Numbered from the stretch's first letter, positions 38,211 through 49,770 are shown. The stretch: DNA of 64,000 bases from Isurus oxyrinchus (GCA_026770705.1 JANJGN010000042.1:3286001-3350000); one strand, 5' to 3'. Numbers and translations: made by a program. Notes: a model not told the origin generated them from the sequence alone.

Positions 38211-39526
38211 TTAAGAGTCTGTCTTGTGTTTGCTTGTCGTATTCCTCGAGATATCTTTTATTCGTAAAGGTTAGGTGTGGAAATTGGAATCACCCTGTTT
38301 GGTTTTGAGTGAACGTGAATAGTATGTATGCTTCCCACTTGAAATTTTTCATAAATGATTTGAAAGTTGGCCATTTCCTTGTGCTTTATTTTTACAGCAG
38401 CAGTGCCCCTAAGAATTACTTCTGAAAATAACCTGAGTCGTTTTTTTGCCCAGAGTGTTAGAAATGAACGCAATAATGTGTTAGTTTTCATTCACTGTCA
38501 GCATCAAGCTCAGCTTTTAGCGCTGAACCAGTTATGCGGCTGCCGCCTCAGTAAGCTCACATGCCCAGGCAGATCTGTCGTGTTTGTGTATTTGCAGCTT
38601 TCCTGAGTGCAGCTAGAGTGTTAGCAAGTTGATTTTACTGACTTATATCTTTTACAACTGATCGGGAAGGCAGACAAACCACACTTGCAAAAAAACATAT
38701 AGTTTGATTGTTTTTTTGTTGTAGTTTGTCAAATAATAATGTAAATACCACGTTAATCTGCAAAACTAACCGAACTATCAGGTCCAGGGGAAGAAATGTA
38801 ATTCGATTGGTCAAATGATATAAACAAACACGTTTACAAAAGGAAGGAATTTTTTTGGCCCATCGTGTGCGCGCTCTCCTGGAGAAAAGTAAAGTGACCC
38901 CGAGTACTGCTCAGTCTCCTCATCTTACTTTGTTTAAAAATGGATTGAAAGGTGCATTAATATCCACCTCAGTCGCTGCCTGAGGTGAAGAACTCTACTC
39001 TGTATTGCAAATATATTGGGGAAAACGTCGTTTTGCTATCGCAATATCTTTCATTAAAGCAGAAGTACTATCTGGCACATTACAGAACAGGAGTAATCCT
39101 CTACAAACAACTCTACACCTCTTAGCGTTCAGTGAGAGACAGAATTGATTTTCTCCATTGTCATCCAATCTCTACAAACACTGTTACTGAGAATTAAGAA
39201 TCAATTTGTTTCAAAAGTGAAGCCCATGGCAGCGTGGATATTGGTTGGGGGACTGCAAGCAGGTAGTTGTGGTAAATGGTTATTTTAAGGCAGGATGGTA
39301 TATTTTCTTGATTGGAACAATTAGCAAATAAAGCAAATTAAAGGGAATTAAATTAATACAAATTAAATAAATTAACAAATCAAATAGCCAGGTAATCCCT
39401 TAAAGGGACAGACTGGAGGGTATGTGCGAACAAATTTCCGAAATTGGCAGGCGGATTTGAGAAGGCTGCAAAAAAGACACAAACGGGCCTTGACTTTGAA
39501 TGCAAAGACAAAAAGGTAACAAGGGA

Positions 39527-40092
39527 AAACAAAAACAGAATTACCTGGAAAAACTCAGCAGGTCTGGCAGCATCGGTGGAGAAGAAAAGAGTTGACGTTT
39601 CGAGTCCTCATGACCCTTCAACAGAACTTGATTTCGAGTCCAAGAAAGAGTTGAAATATAAGCTGGTTTAAGGTGTGTGTGTGGGGGGCGGAGAGATAGA
39701 GAGAGAGAGAGGTGGTTGTGTAGACAAACAAGCAGTGATAGAAGCAGATCATCAAAAGATGTCAGCGACAATGGTACAAAAGAACACATAGGTGTTAAAG
39801 TTAAAGTTGGTTATATTATCTAAACGAATGTGCTAATTAAGAATGGATGGTAGGGCACTCAAGGTACAGCTCTAGTGGGGGTGGGGTGAGCATAAAAGAT
39901 TTTAAAATATTTAAAATAATGGGAAAAGAAAAATCTATATAATTTATAGGGAAAAAAAAGGAAAAAGGGGGAAACAGAAAGGGGGTGGGGATGGGGGAGG
40001 GAGCTCACGACCTAAAGTTGTTGAATTCAATATTCAGACCGGAAAGCTGTAAGGTGCCTAGTCGGAAGATGAGGTGTTGTTCCTCCAGTTTG
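39527..40092 (-). mobile_element. Penelope 3' fragment with hammerhead-like motif at 39590-39628
   Basis: Nearly identical (inverted) to 11771-12347; core CTGTTGA. Confidence 0.92.
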
Positions 40093-40232
40093 GAATCACA
40101 GAATAACACAATGCAGAACAGGTCCTTCGGCGCATGGAGTCTGCAATTGCTATTTTCACAATCGGTATAAATTTTAATTTCCAAGTGTCCACGGGTTTCG
40201 GTCTGTTGTCCAGTTCTCTTCCCATCAAATGA

Positions 40233-40293
40233 ATTTGCATTTTTGAAGGCGTGTTGCCGACAGCCAATAAGAATCCTTAGTTTGGGATATAAA
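40233..40293 (+). promoter_or_regulatory. Ig light-chain-type promoter
   Basis: Octamer ATTTGCAT 40233-40240 (light-chain orientation), CCAAT 40264-40268 and TATAAA 40288-40293, upstream of the leader ATG at 40380. Confidence 0.8.
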
Positions 40294-40379
40294 TGGGTCG
40301 CACCGAATTTTTGCCTTTGCACTGACAGTAAGAATCTCAGGCCCAGCTTGTCAATCACTGCGCGTGCCTCAGTGTAACC

Positions 40380-40425
40380 ATGGACACAGTTTATATGATG
40401 CTGCTCTTGCTAACGTGTTTCTCCA
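40380..40425 (+). pseudogene. Ig light-chain-type gene, leader exon
   Basis: MDTVYMMLLLLTCFS followed by a phase-1 donor GTGAGT; the 123-nt intron ends TTCTTACAG. Confidence 0.88.
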
Positions 40426-40548
40426 GTGAGTATAACGTGGAGCTGATTTTGCTGTAAAGATTTAAAAGTGTATTGACCCAAAACGTTCCGTGTGCCTTTA
40501 TCCTTTACCTTAGGCCTGAACTCATGACTTTTACTCTGATTCTTACAG

Positions 40549-40909
40549 GTGTCTGTCCACTTCCCGAACTGCTCCAAGCCGAAACTGCCTCTGCCGTCCC
40601 AGGAGGGTCCGTCACCTTAAGCTGCTCGGTAAAGAACAGAGATATCGGGGATAGATGGCTCCGTTGGTTCCGACAGAGGCCGGGGAAGACACCGGTTTGG
40701 ATCCTGACCCATAAAAGCACCGATGATGGAGGCGCCCTGCTCCGAGGCTCAGGGTTCACCGACTGCTTCGCCCATTCTAGAGACGACGCAAAGAAAAGTT
40801 TCTCCCTCACTGTCAATCAAGTGGAGCTGAAGGACTCGGCTGTCTACTACTGCTCGCTTTTTGATTCTGGACAGGTATTTTGGCAAAGGTACAGAGTTAC
40901 ACGTAGTGG
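40549..40909 (+). pseudogene. Germline-joined VJ exon of an Ig light-chain-type gene (J out of frame)
   Basis: PGGSVTLSC..WFRQRPG..FSLTV..DSAVYYC, then with no RSS or intervening DNA TTT GGC AAA GGT ACA GAG TTA CAC GTA GTG G|GTAAGT (FGKGTELHVV), shifted by +1 nt relative to V. Confidence 0.92.
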
Positions 40910-41215
40910 GTAAGTAAATATTGAGGCCGTGCTTGTGTTAAGGGAAGATTTTAGATTGCAAAATATTACACAATGTTGCAACAGTCATTGTGAAATAACT
41001 TCACAAGCCCGACACGACGGCAATATTTCCTTTAGTGCTTGAGATACTCGGCAGTTGGTATTTTATTAGTTGAAAAAAGGTGAACTCGGTGATCGTTCGG
41101 CTGAGACGAGGCTAAGCGTTAACGTTGCTCCAATAAAAATTATTGTCAGGAATGCAGGAGCATTCTCAACTTCGCGGGATACGAAACAAAGAGTCCGAAA
41201 TTCTTTGGATTCCAT

Positions 41216-41397
41216 GGGGTAAAAATCGCCTTAGGTGGTGGCGGAAACGGACTTTATCAGATAGGCCGCACCTTTTACCCAGCGGCCAATAGTCAGTTGC
41301 CTTGTAGCCAGTGGAACTAAATGTCAGGGGCTGCACTGAACCAGCGGCCTCACCGATACGGCCTGATTTGCGCCACTGCCAAGGCGGATTCCTATCC
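41216..41397. mobile_element. MITE-like element with ~45-bp imperfect terminal inverted repeats, in the J-C intron
   Basis: Left end GGGTAAAAATCGCCTTAGGTGGTGGCGGAAAC versus right-end reverse complement GGATAGGAATCCGCCTTGGCAGTGGCGCAAAT. Confidence 0.55.
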
Positions 41398-43585
41398 TTA
41401 CCGTGCATTGTGGTGAATAGTAGGCGATGTTTGATGGTGCTAATCTCTATTCATTATTATTGGACGATGTTTGTTATTTCTGGGAGCTAGTTGGTATTGC
41501 CGTGTGAAACTGGTTAAAACTGGACCATATTTTAACATTGAGTGACACTTGCTATTACAGGATATTTATTTCCGCAACGCCTGAGCAATCTATCTTATTA
41601 CCACCACTCATCAATTCTACATCTATTTATGCTCACATAGCCATATGCATTATTGCTCTGGGGCGTAGTGCCAGCGGCGTGAGGGGGCAGTTATTGTTTT
41701 GTGGCTGAACGGTGCATAACCAACAATCACAATTCCTTCAATGAATGTATTTTCCGTCACTTCCATATTAATGCATTGGCTCGAATAACGAAAAGCGTAT
41801 ACCGTAGGATAAACCGAAATTGATCAGAACAATAGAATCTTTAAATCTGAACAGGTACAGCTACCAAATATTAAATCACCCGATCTTTAATTTATTGGCA
41901 AACCGTATAATTCAATGTCTAAATTTCCAGACATGTTAAGCATGAAGCATAATTTTTTAAAAAAAACATTAGTTGTCAGTAAGTTATAGGATTTGAAATT
42001 TCACTTTTTACTTCTGTTCTGAACTTGTATTTCGGCTCCATTTTTCTGGTATAAGCGCATCGAGAACATTGACCTTCTTGGCAAATATTACATGAAACTG
42101 CAGACCTCTGCCATGATCATTGGAAAAGCTCATTCGTGTCAATCAGTATTTATTAAAAAAAACCTAGACGTTATTGTACCTTAAGTTGCAGGTTAAGACA
42201 GTGGGACAGGGTAAGAATGAAATAATTTAATTGTGATATTAATGGAATGGAACACTGAGTATGATGTTACTGCTTACACAGAGGGCCGTTACATTCCCTC
42301 TTGGTATAATTTCTGTTGTGTCAGCCATGGTTTAGTTGTAGCACTCTGGCGTTTGAGTCAGAAAGTTGTGGGTTTAAATTTCCTACAGTACAACATTGAG
42401 AAAAAATGTATTTAATTTGGAGCTGCCATGTATTATTTTATTTTAAACCATAAACCATTAGTTTAGAGCGGAGCTCCGAGGCAAAGAAACGTTCAAATAA
42501 GAATGTGCAATGTTCCACGTATGAACATCATCATCAATAGGATTAATTTCAGAAAATGACAATGATTCCGAAAAAAAGTTTCAAATTGCCACCGATTGTT
42601 TTTTGTTCCGACGGGGAAGAATTGCTCTCATTTCAGTGGAGGGTGGTGGGATATAGATGGGCTATAGATGCCTTTTTCTTCGATCCATGGCAGTTCAAAG
42701 CCCAGTGAATGCCCAACTTGTCTTTGAATGCAAAGCAGGGAACATATTCTGGGGTGCATTTCCTATTTTAATTCAAAAAGTGACCCGTGCAAATACTTCC
42801 CCCACAGTTCAAAGCATGAATAATATTGCTGAAATTTTATTTTTCTTTCAATTGTTCCTGATGCTAGTGATAAGTGCTAGAAAATAGTCATTGTCGGCCA
42901 TCATTCAAACAGCTCCCGATACTCAGCTCCACTAACTGCATGGACAAGGATATCAGGCGCTGTGTAGAAAGGCCGGTAGAATCAATGCCGTCTGTATTGT
43001 TCCGCCGCCTGGGGCGAATTTATAGCCAAATTCATTGCAAGACATTTTGATACTGAAGTGTAGGTCAATCAGTTGGATCTTGCGCTGGAGAGCTCACTTC
43101 TGGTTAGTTTTTTTTAAAGTTAGCGCATGATAATTTTAATGTGGTTAGTGCAAAAGTTTCGATCTTTCCAACAATAAAGTGCTGTATTTGTCGGTTTGAA
43201 TGTCAGAGCTGCAGATTAGAAATTATCTAATTTTCCGCGATAGAGAAATACAATGTAATCAATTTCAGGGAAAATAAATACAGGCAATGCTTCTTTTAAT
43301 GATTCACATTTTGGCCATTGGCTGTAGGTACGTTTACAAAAAAATAAAGGCGCTCCTCCTGAATAAAAGGTAGCAGCTGAGGATATTACACAAATCAATT
43401 TTTACAAAAATGCACAAGGCTTGATGTGCACTGATCTACAACACACCGAGCGGCTGCGCTTTCAGCTGGAGTGGAGCAGAATCAAAAGCACATTGGGTGG
43501 AATACGTTTTGTAGAACAAATAAATGTGACAGCGGCGATGACTCTGCTTGTTTGTACTGCTGGCAGATATTTGGAATATCTGTTT

Positions 43586-43671
43586 GGGAGTTCCCCAATA
43601 TATAACAGAAAATGGAAAATTCCCCTTTTATTTAGCAAATTGTTCACACCAAGCAATTCGAGGAATTTTCC
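43586..43671. promoter_or_regulatory. Cluster of NF-kB-like sites in the J-C intron (candidate intronic enhancer)
   Basis: GGGAGTTCCC(C) 43586, GGAAAATTCCCC 43614, GGAATTTTCC 43662; CAGCTG E-boxes at 43374 and 43463. Confidence 0.4.
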
Positions 43672-43989
43672 ATCAAACTATTGTGAAAACGAAAAGATAT
43701 TGGCGAAAATGTTACGCGGTGATAGTAAATAATGGTGTCGTAGCATTTTGAAATAATTTAATTTTGAACATAGTGGGCTACAGAGCGAAGGTGGCCTATT
43801 ATTATTCGCCCTCAATGAACCAAAAATTTACCTACGCAGTGTGGGACTGAGTCACGTCGACAAGGCGGGTAGGAATGGGGTTGGTCCATTTCCTGTGAGC
43901 CACTTGGTTATTACAACAATCCGGAAGCTTGTTTGCCTCCAGCGTAATTGAATTCAATTCCTGAAATTGTAATGGTGTGATCATAAGCC

Positions 43990-44410
43990 CATAACTAAGC
44001 CCACCAGAGAAGCAGGACGGGAGTTCTGTGGACAGACTGTAAATCCGGGGGTTGTTTCCTTAGAGCAGCGACGTTTATGGGGTAACTTAATGCAGGTATT
44101 CAAACCATTAAGGACTTCAATAGCGACAGGAAAGTCGGTATTCACGGAATACAGATATAAAGCGAATGGAAGAAGAACCAGAGCGGCCATGCGGGATTTA
44201 TTTTTCTTTTTATGCAACGGTTTGTTGTGATCTAGAGGGCTCGGATGGGAGGACGGTGAAAACAGATTCAGTAATAACTTTCAAACGGGAATGGGATGTA
44301 TATTTGAGTGGACACTATTACGGGGCTAAGGGAAAAGGGTACATGACTGAGACAAGATGAATAATTATTTGAAAAGCCGGCAGAGGCACTGATGGACGCC
44401 TCATTCTGTG
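43990..44410 (+). mobile_element. Decayed CR1 3' fragment
   Basis: ..GLFP*SSDVYG.. region and tail resemble the other CR1 3' ends in the window. Confidence 0.5.
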
Positions 44411-44509
44411 CGGTATTTTCCGAAGGTCTATGATAACCATACCGTTAAGCTACAATAATAATGTCTCTTACAGTGACAGTCCATGTCATCTATGTACCAT
44501 CTGTTGCAG

Positions 44510-44830
44510 ATCGTCAACTACAGGTGCCATCACTGGAATTGTTTCCGCCTTCGCGCCAGGAAGTAACTTCAGCTGAAACAGTGACGCTGAGCTGTCTGAT
44601 TCGGGGCTTCTATCCAGCTTTCGTGGAAAGCGCGGGGCATTGAGACGCAGAGCGGAGTGTCCACAAATCTACCTAATCTTGAGGCTGACAACAGCTACAG
44701 CATCAGCAGCTACCTGAGGGTCCCTGTCAGCTCTTGGAACTCGAAGGATCACTACTCGTGTCTGTTCCGATACACGTCTCAGGACACTCTCGTTCAGAAA
44801 TCCATCAGCTTGGACACCTGCAATCGCTAA
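44510..44830 (+). pseudogene. Ig light-chain-type constant (C1-set) exon, frameshifted
   Basis: Phase-1 acceptor TTGCAG, then DRQLQVPSLELFPPSRQEVTSAETVTLSCLIRGFYPAFVE, a deletion removing the core Trp, then GIETQSGVST..DNSYSISSYLRVPVSSWNSKDHYSC..KSISLDTCNR*. Near-terminal Cys retained. Confidence 0.92.
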
Positions 44831-44907
44831 AGACCGGCTATTAGTTCAAGCCAATAACTCCTGAGTTTAATTTCAAAGCGAAACGTGGCGGTAATCTCGG
44901 CAGATTT

Positions 44908-44913
44908 AATAAA
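44908..44913 (+). terminator. Polyadenylation signal
   Basis: AATAAA ~78 nt after the C-exon stop; a second at 45188-45193. Confidence 0.55.
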
Positions 44914-45349
44914 TGTATCTGACCGGCACGAAGTTTTAATTTCCTGGCTAAATATTTGTGACATTGTAAACAGCAGGAATTATACATTTTAGAATTGCTT
45001 TTTAATTTTCTCGAACAATAACCAAAGTGAGAATAACCTGTTGTATATTTAAGATGCCGATGATTGTTTCTTCCTCTGCATGTGAATTGTAAGTGAGTTT
45101 TTCAAACGAATGGGGTTCGATTGCTTAAATTATGTGTAATTAGAAAGCGATTAAACTGCCAGCCTCAATATTTCGCAGCTTTAGCAGAATAAAACTTATG
45201 CTTTCTCGTCCCTTGAAGTAACCTGAATTCTTTGCATTCCTATATTGAAACTGAATCTCTGCCCTAAGTTGCCCAATGATTCTGGGGAGCCTTCATCGAC
45301 ATTTTCCTTTCTTTGTTCTGGACATAATCTTGTACACGTTTTGTTTGTA

Positions 45350-45726
45350 TAATATAATGAGGGGCATCGACAAGGTGGATAGGGATTAGTGGTTCCCCTT
45401 AGTTGAAAGGTGAGTCACGAGGGGACATGAGTTCAAGGTGAAGGGCAGGAGGTTTAGAGGGGAGGGGTGGGGGTTGTGTGGAAAAACCTTTTTACCTGGA
45501 GTGTGGTGACGATCTGGAATGCACTACCTGGGAAGGTGGTGGAGGCGAGTTGCCTGACAGCCTTTAAAAAGTACATGGATGAGCACTTGGCACGTCATAA
45601 CATTCAAGGCTGTGGGCTAAGTGCTGGAAAATGGGATTAAGTAGGTAGGTCAGGTGTTTCTCATGTCGGTGCAGACTCTATGCGCTGAAGGGCCTCTTCT
45701 GCATTGTGTTATTCTGTGATTCTGTG
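45350..45726 (+). mobile_element. CR1 3' fragment with tail
   Basis: ..IMRGIDKVDRD.. and an ATTCTGTG-repeat tail. Confidence 0.75.
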
Positions 45727-46399
45727 AAAATAATGAGTGAGTTTTGGATAATAAGGGAAATTTCAATCATCGCTACATCGGTAGGTCGAAGTGTCGAATC
45801 TCTTGAGGGCACCACTGCACAGAAGCAACAGAGCAGCCTTTCCCCTTCCACGAACTCCCCCCCGCCCAACTGCAGCACCACGTTCCCCCGCCACCCCCCG
45901 CCCCCCAACGCCGCTCTCCTCCTCTCCTTCCCCCCTCGTCTTTCTGAGGACCTGTGCCTCTTCGATTAGAATGTACTTCTTATTCCCTCTTCAATGCAGA
46001 CAAGTGGGAAGACTTTGCGCTTCACTGCCTCAGAGTTAGAGATACACAATCTTGAAGCAAGTCATTCTACCTCCATGAATTTACCAAAACTAAGGAGAAA
46101 CTCTGCATTTCCAATGCTGAATTGGAAATCCATCTTGTAATTATGTCATGGAATAAAATTGATATAACATAGAAGTAAACAATGTGGTCACACAGGCCCC
46201 GTGAGAGCAAATCAGCTGGTCCCAATAAAATAATAGAATTATTCTCATTAAAATGTTTGTACCTATCAATCAAAATGCACAATATTAGAAAGTCAAATTG
46301 CCTATTTATCACAAGATGTATTTGGCCTTGACGAGCCTGGCATCAATGGGACAAGCCTGAAAGAACAACGTGTTTCTGCTCAAAAACTAGTATTTTTCA

Positions 46400-47010
46400 T
46401 CGAATCGCAGAAAATGTATAGCACAGAAATCGTGTTTGCTCCGGCCAAAATATGAGCCATCCATCCTAATCCCACTTCCCTGCATTTGGCCCGTAGCCCT
46501 GCAGGTTACAGTGCTTGATGTGCATATCCAGACACCATTCAAATGAACTGGGGGCCCTTGCATCTACTACCCTTTCAGACAGTGATTTCCATATCACCAC
46601 TAACCTCTGGTTTTAGAAATTCATTATACTCCACTCTAATCCTTCTGCCAATCGCTTCAAAGGTACGTCCCCTCGACACTTAGCTCTCTGCTAAGGTAAA
46701 TATGCTCTTCCCATGCACTCTATCAAGATCCCGCACAATTCAAACCTCCCCTCAGCCTCCCTTGTTCCACTGAGAAAAATCTTAGCCTATCAAACATTTC
46801 CTCTTAGTTGCATGTTTTAGAGTCTTCGCAACATCCTCATAAATCTCCTCTGGACCCTCTCTAGTGCATTTATACCCTTTCTGTAATGAGGTGGCCAGAA
46901 CTGCACACAGTTCTCAACTTGTGGCCTAAAGAATGCTTTATACAGTTCGAGTATTTACCCTTCTATCTTACAGTCTATACTTCGTCTAACAAAGAGAAAG
47001 ATTCCAAATA
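46400..47010 (-). mobile_element. CR1 3' fragment
   Basis: ..LRTVCSSGH../..ALERVQRRF.. remnants. Confidence 0.7.
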
Positions 47011-49329
47011 TCTTCTTGAGCCGAGTTGCGCTCAGCTGACCGAGAATCGAAACTGCCTCTCAGTGGCTCCACAACCACAAGAGCACCATGGAACCTAAGG
47101 CAATTTCTCGAATGAAACCTTTGAATGTCCTGCTTTCCAAAACCAATTAACCCAAATGTCTTTTGTTAAATTAATTCATGCACTCTGACTAATAACAAAT
47201 TCAATTGATCCTCTGTTAACACATCTCCACAACCATTTCATCAACCCCCAGACCCTATAATTATTTGATCTTAATATTGCATTAAATTATCCTGAACAGT
47301 GGCACGAAGCTTCCCTCCCGTAGCAGATCAGAGAAACCAAACCACATTTGTTTTCTTTCTTAAAAACCTTATAGCTATTGAATGTCCATTTTTTTCATCT
47401 TTATCAGTTCCAGACCTCTAATGAAAAACAAATCCTGTTAAGTCTTTTCAGAACTGTCATCTCTCACCCCTCATTATGCCCTAGAGATTTGCGACTGCTT
47501 GGGTACATTGTCATTCAAGTCTTTCAAAAGCGTTGTACAAAAACATGCACAATCTTTACATCCCCTATGACTTCCTATAATGTTATTATTCCGTCCTCAC
47601 ATCAAATCAATTGAAACCAGTAGAACTATTCTGTTCCATTTTGAAACAAATTTAAATTTCGGAGGGGTGGGGCAGGCACGGATGAAAAAACTCATCTAGT
47701 CCAGTCGCATAGAACTCCTCCAGCTGCGACCTCGACCGCTTCCTGATAGATGGAACTCCAGGACATCCTCTATTCTCCAATCTCTGATCTCCTGATAGAT
47801 GGAACTCCAGTACATGCTCTCTTGCACAAGCCCTGACATAATCTCTGATACAATCCCTGATTTTCCTGATAGATAGAGTTGCTGGATATTCCCCTTTGTA
47901 CACTGCATCCTGAAAGAGCACTGTCATATATTTTCTATTCTTTAATTTTATATATTTATCCATGAATGCCTCCGGCTTATCTTTTCCCTGATTTCGGTGT
48001 GATTTTCTTTAGTTTTCGATGATTGGAATATCTACCTTTCAATTTATAATGTTGTCACAGAGGTTCCAAGTATTTCCACGTTGTTAATGCGTGGGTTCCT
48101 GATCCAGCAATTTACCACACTTTCCCGTGATTTTCCATTACTTAATTCCCGGTCCTGTAAATAATCATTCATTTCAGATCATATAATGCAACAGCAGAGG
48201 GTGTGATTTTATTGTGGAAAAAAACACAATCATTTATTGTCATTTATTTGCTCCCACCATTGCTGGAGTTAAGAGTGATTGAGTTTTTTTTGGCAATATT
48301 GCTATTGATTTCATTCATATCTAATAATTTCATTGAGTAAGGTGATTTTATGGTTACACCATGTAAAGATTACTCAGAAAAGAGCACTTCTTGCCTTAAA
48401 GGCGTTCATGAGAAGATCTGGTTGACTTCGTCATTTTTCTAAAGAACTCCTAAGGGAACAACTGCCCTGTTCAGTGAAAATGTTAAATGATGTAATTGAA
48501 AAATTGTCTTAATCAGTGTTACCATTCTCACCAAGAAAACTTTTGAAAAACCTAAAACAGACTATTATAGCATTTTCTATCAAATTACAATCATTTTAAT
48601 TTTTATTCGTTCAATTTCTGTGACAAGTGTCACCAACTCACCCTATTCAGAACCTTTAAGTTGCTCAAGGCGCTTCATGTCAAAGGTTTCAGCTCAAACT
48701 TTACAATAAGGCAATGAGTGGGCTACAAAATAAACGCTCACCACCCTGTCACAAAGCACAATGAATCTGGTTTGGTGTCTTGAGTCACTGGGATTTGGGG
48801 AAATGGTGGTGGAGTGGAAATGTAAAAAACTGAACCAGTAATACCGAACGCCATACTGATGCTTAGGGAGCACGGGGTCAAAGCCCACCACAGGTGGCTG
48901 GTGGAATTTCAATTCAATTATTTAATAAACAGAAAAAATAATTGAAACTCATCTCTGTACTTATGTCAGTATCACCGTAAAAAGAAAACTTCTGGTTATG
49001 TAATGTTATGTAAGGGAGGGAATTAACTGTCCATACCTGTTCTGACCTAGATGCAGCTTCAAATCCACAGCAATGTGGTTGAATTTGAAATTCCCTCTGA
49101 AGTGACCCAGGAAACCATGAATTCGGATCAAGTTGTTACAAGAAAGTGAAAAGGGAACACAACCGGTTGGAACACCTGGTATCCAATTATGTAGCGGAGA
49201 TGATGAAAATGTCATGTAGCAAGACAACGAGGATGGCAGTTATGTATTTTAAACCTACATCAGCTCCTAACAGTGGCATAATAGTCAGGTAACAGATTTT
49301 GCTAAAAGCACAACAAGGATCAGTACTCC

Positions 49330-49770
49330 CTAAAAGCAAAACATAAGAACAAGTTACAGTTTGGCCCTGTGGGAGGAGGTGGGTTGAGCATGGCAGAGTT
49401 TATAATCTGAACTTGTTGAATTCAGTGTTGAATCCAGAAGGCTGCAAAGTGCTGAGTCGGAAGATGAAGTGTTGTTCCTCCAGTTCCCCAATCCAACCGA
49501 AAGGAACAGCACTTTAACACTATCATTACCACCTTCGTTGTTTTGTGTCCATGACACCTTTGACAAATCTCAGCTGATCTCCCAGTTATTCCTGACCTTC
49601 TCTTTTGTTCCAAGTGCTTCACCCCCTCTCTTCAACAACGTAAAACTAACCATATTTCTACCTCTATTCAGCTCTGAATAGTTGGATGGGCGTGAACAGT
49701 TAACTCTATTTCTGTCTCTACAGATACTGCCAGGCTGGCTGAGTGTTTGCAGCATTTTTTGTTTTCTTAT
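49330..49770. mobile_element. Old Penelope-derived bipartite element with inverted parts
   Basis: Minus-strand ORF end (..LEEQHFIFRL..LNTEFNKF) up to ~49485, then a plus-strand tail with a decayed hammerhead at ~49673. Confidence 0.6.

Noticed and set aside
40473-40913. ORF-track 146-aa protein as the real product
   Set aside because: It starts inside the leader intron and reads J out of frame; the real structure is leader + VJ + C.
41085-41123. Possible second J segment (TTC GGC TGAG ACG AGG CTA AGC GTT, FG..TRLSV)
   Set aside because: Needs a 2-nt insertion, has no nonamer at 12 or 23 spacing and no good donor; likely chance.
47741-47885. Repeat-spacer mini-array
   Set aside because: Only two exact copies, and similarity extends into the spacers, so it is a degenerate tandem duplication.
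48040-48156. VVNCWIRNPRINN resembling the end of a B7/butyrophilin-type domain
   Set aside because: Single short motif with nearby stops; insufficient support.
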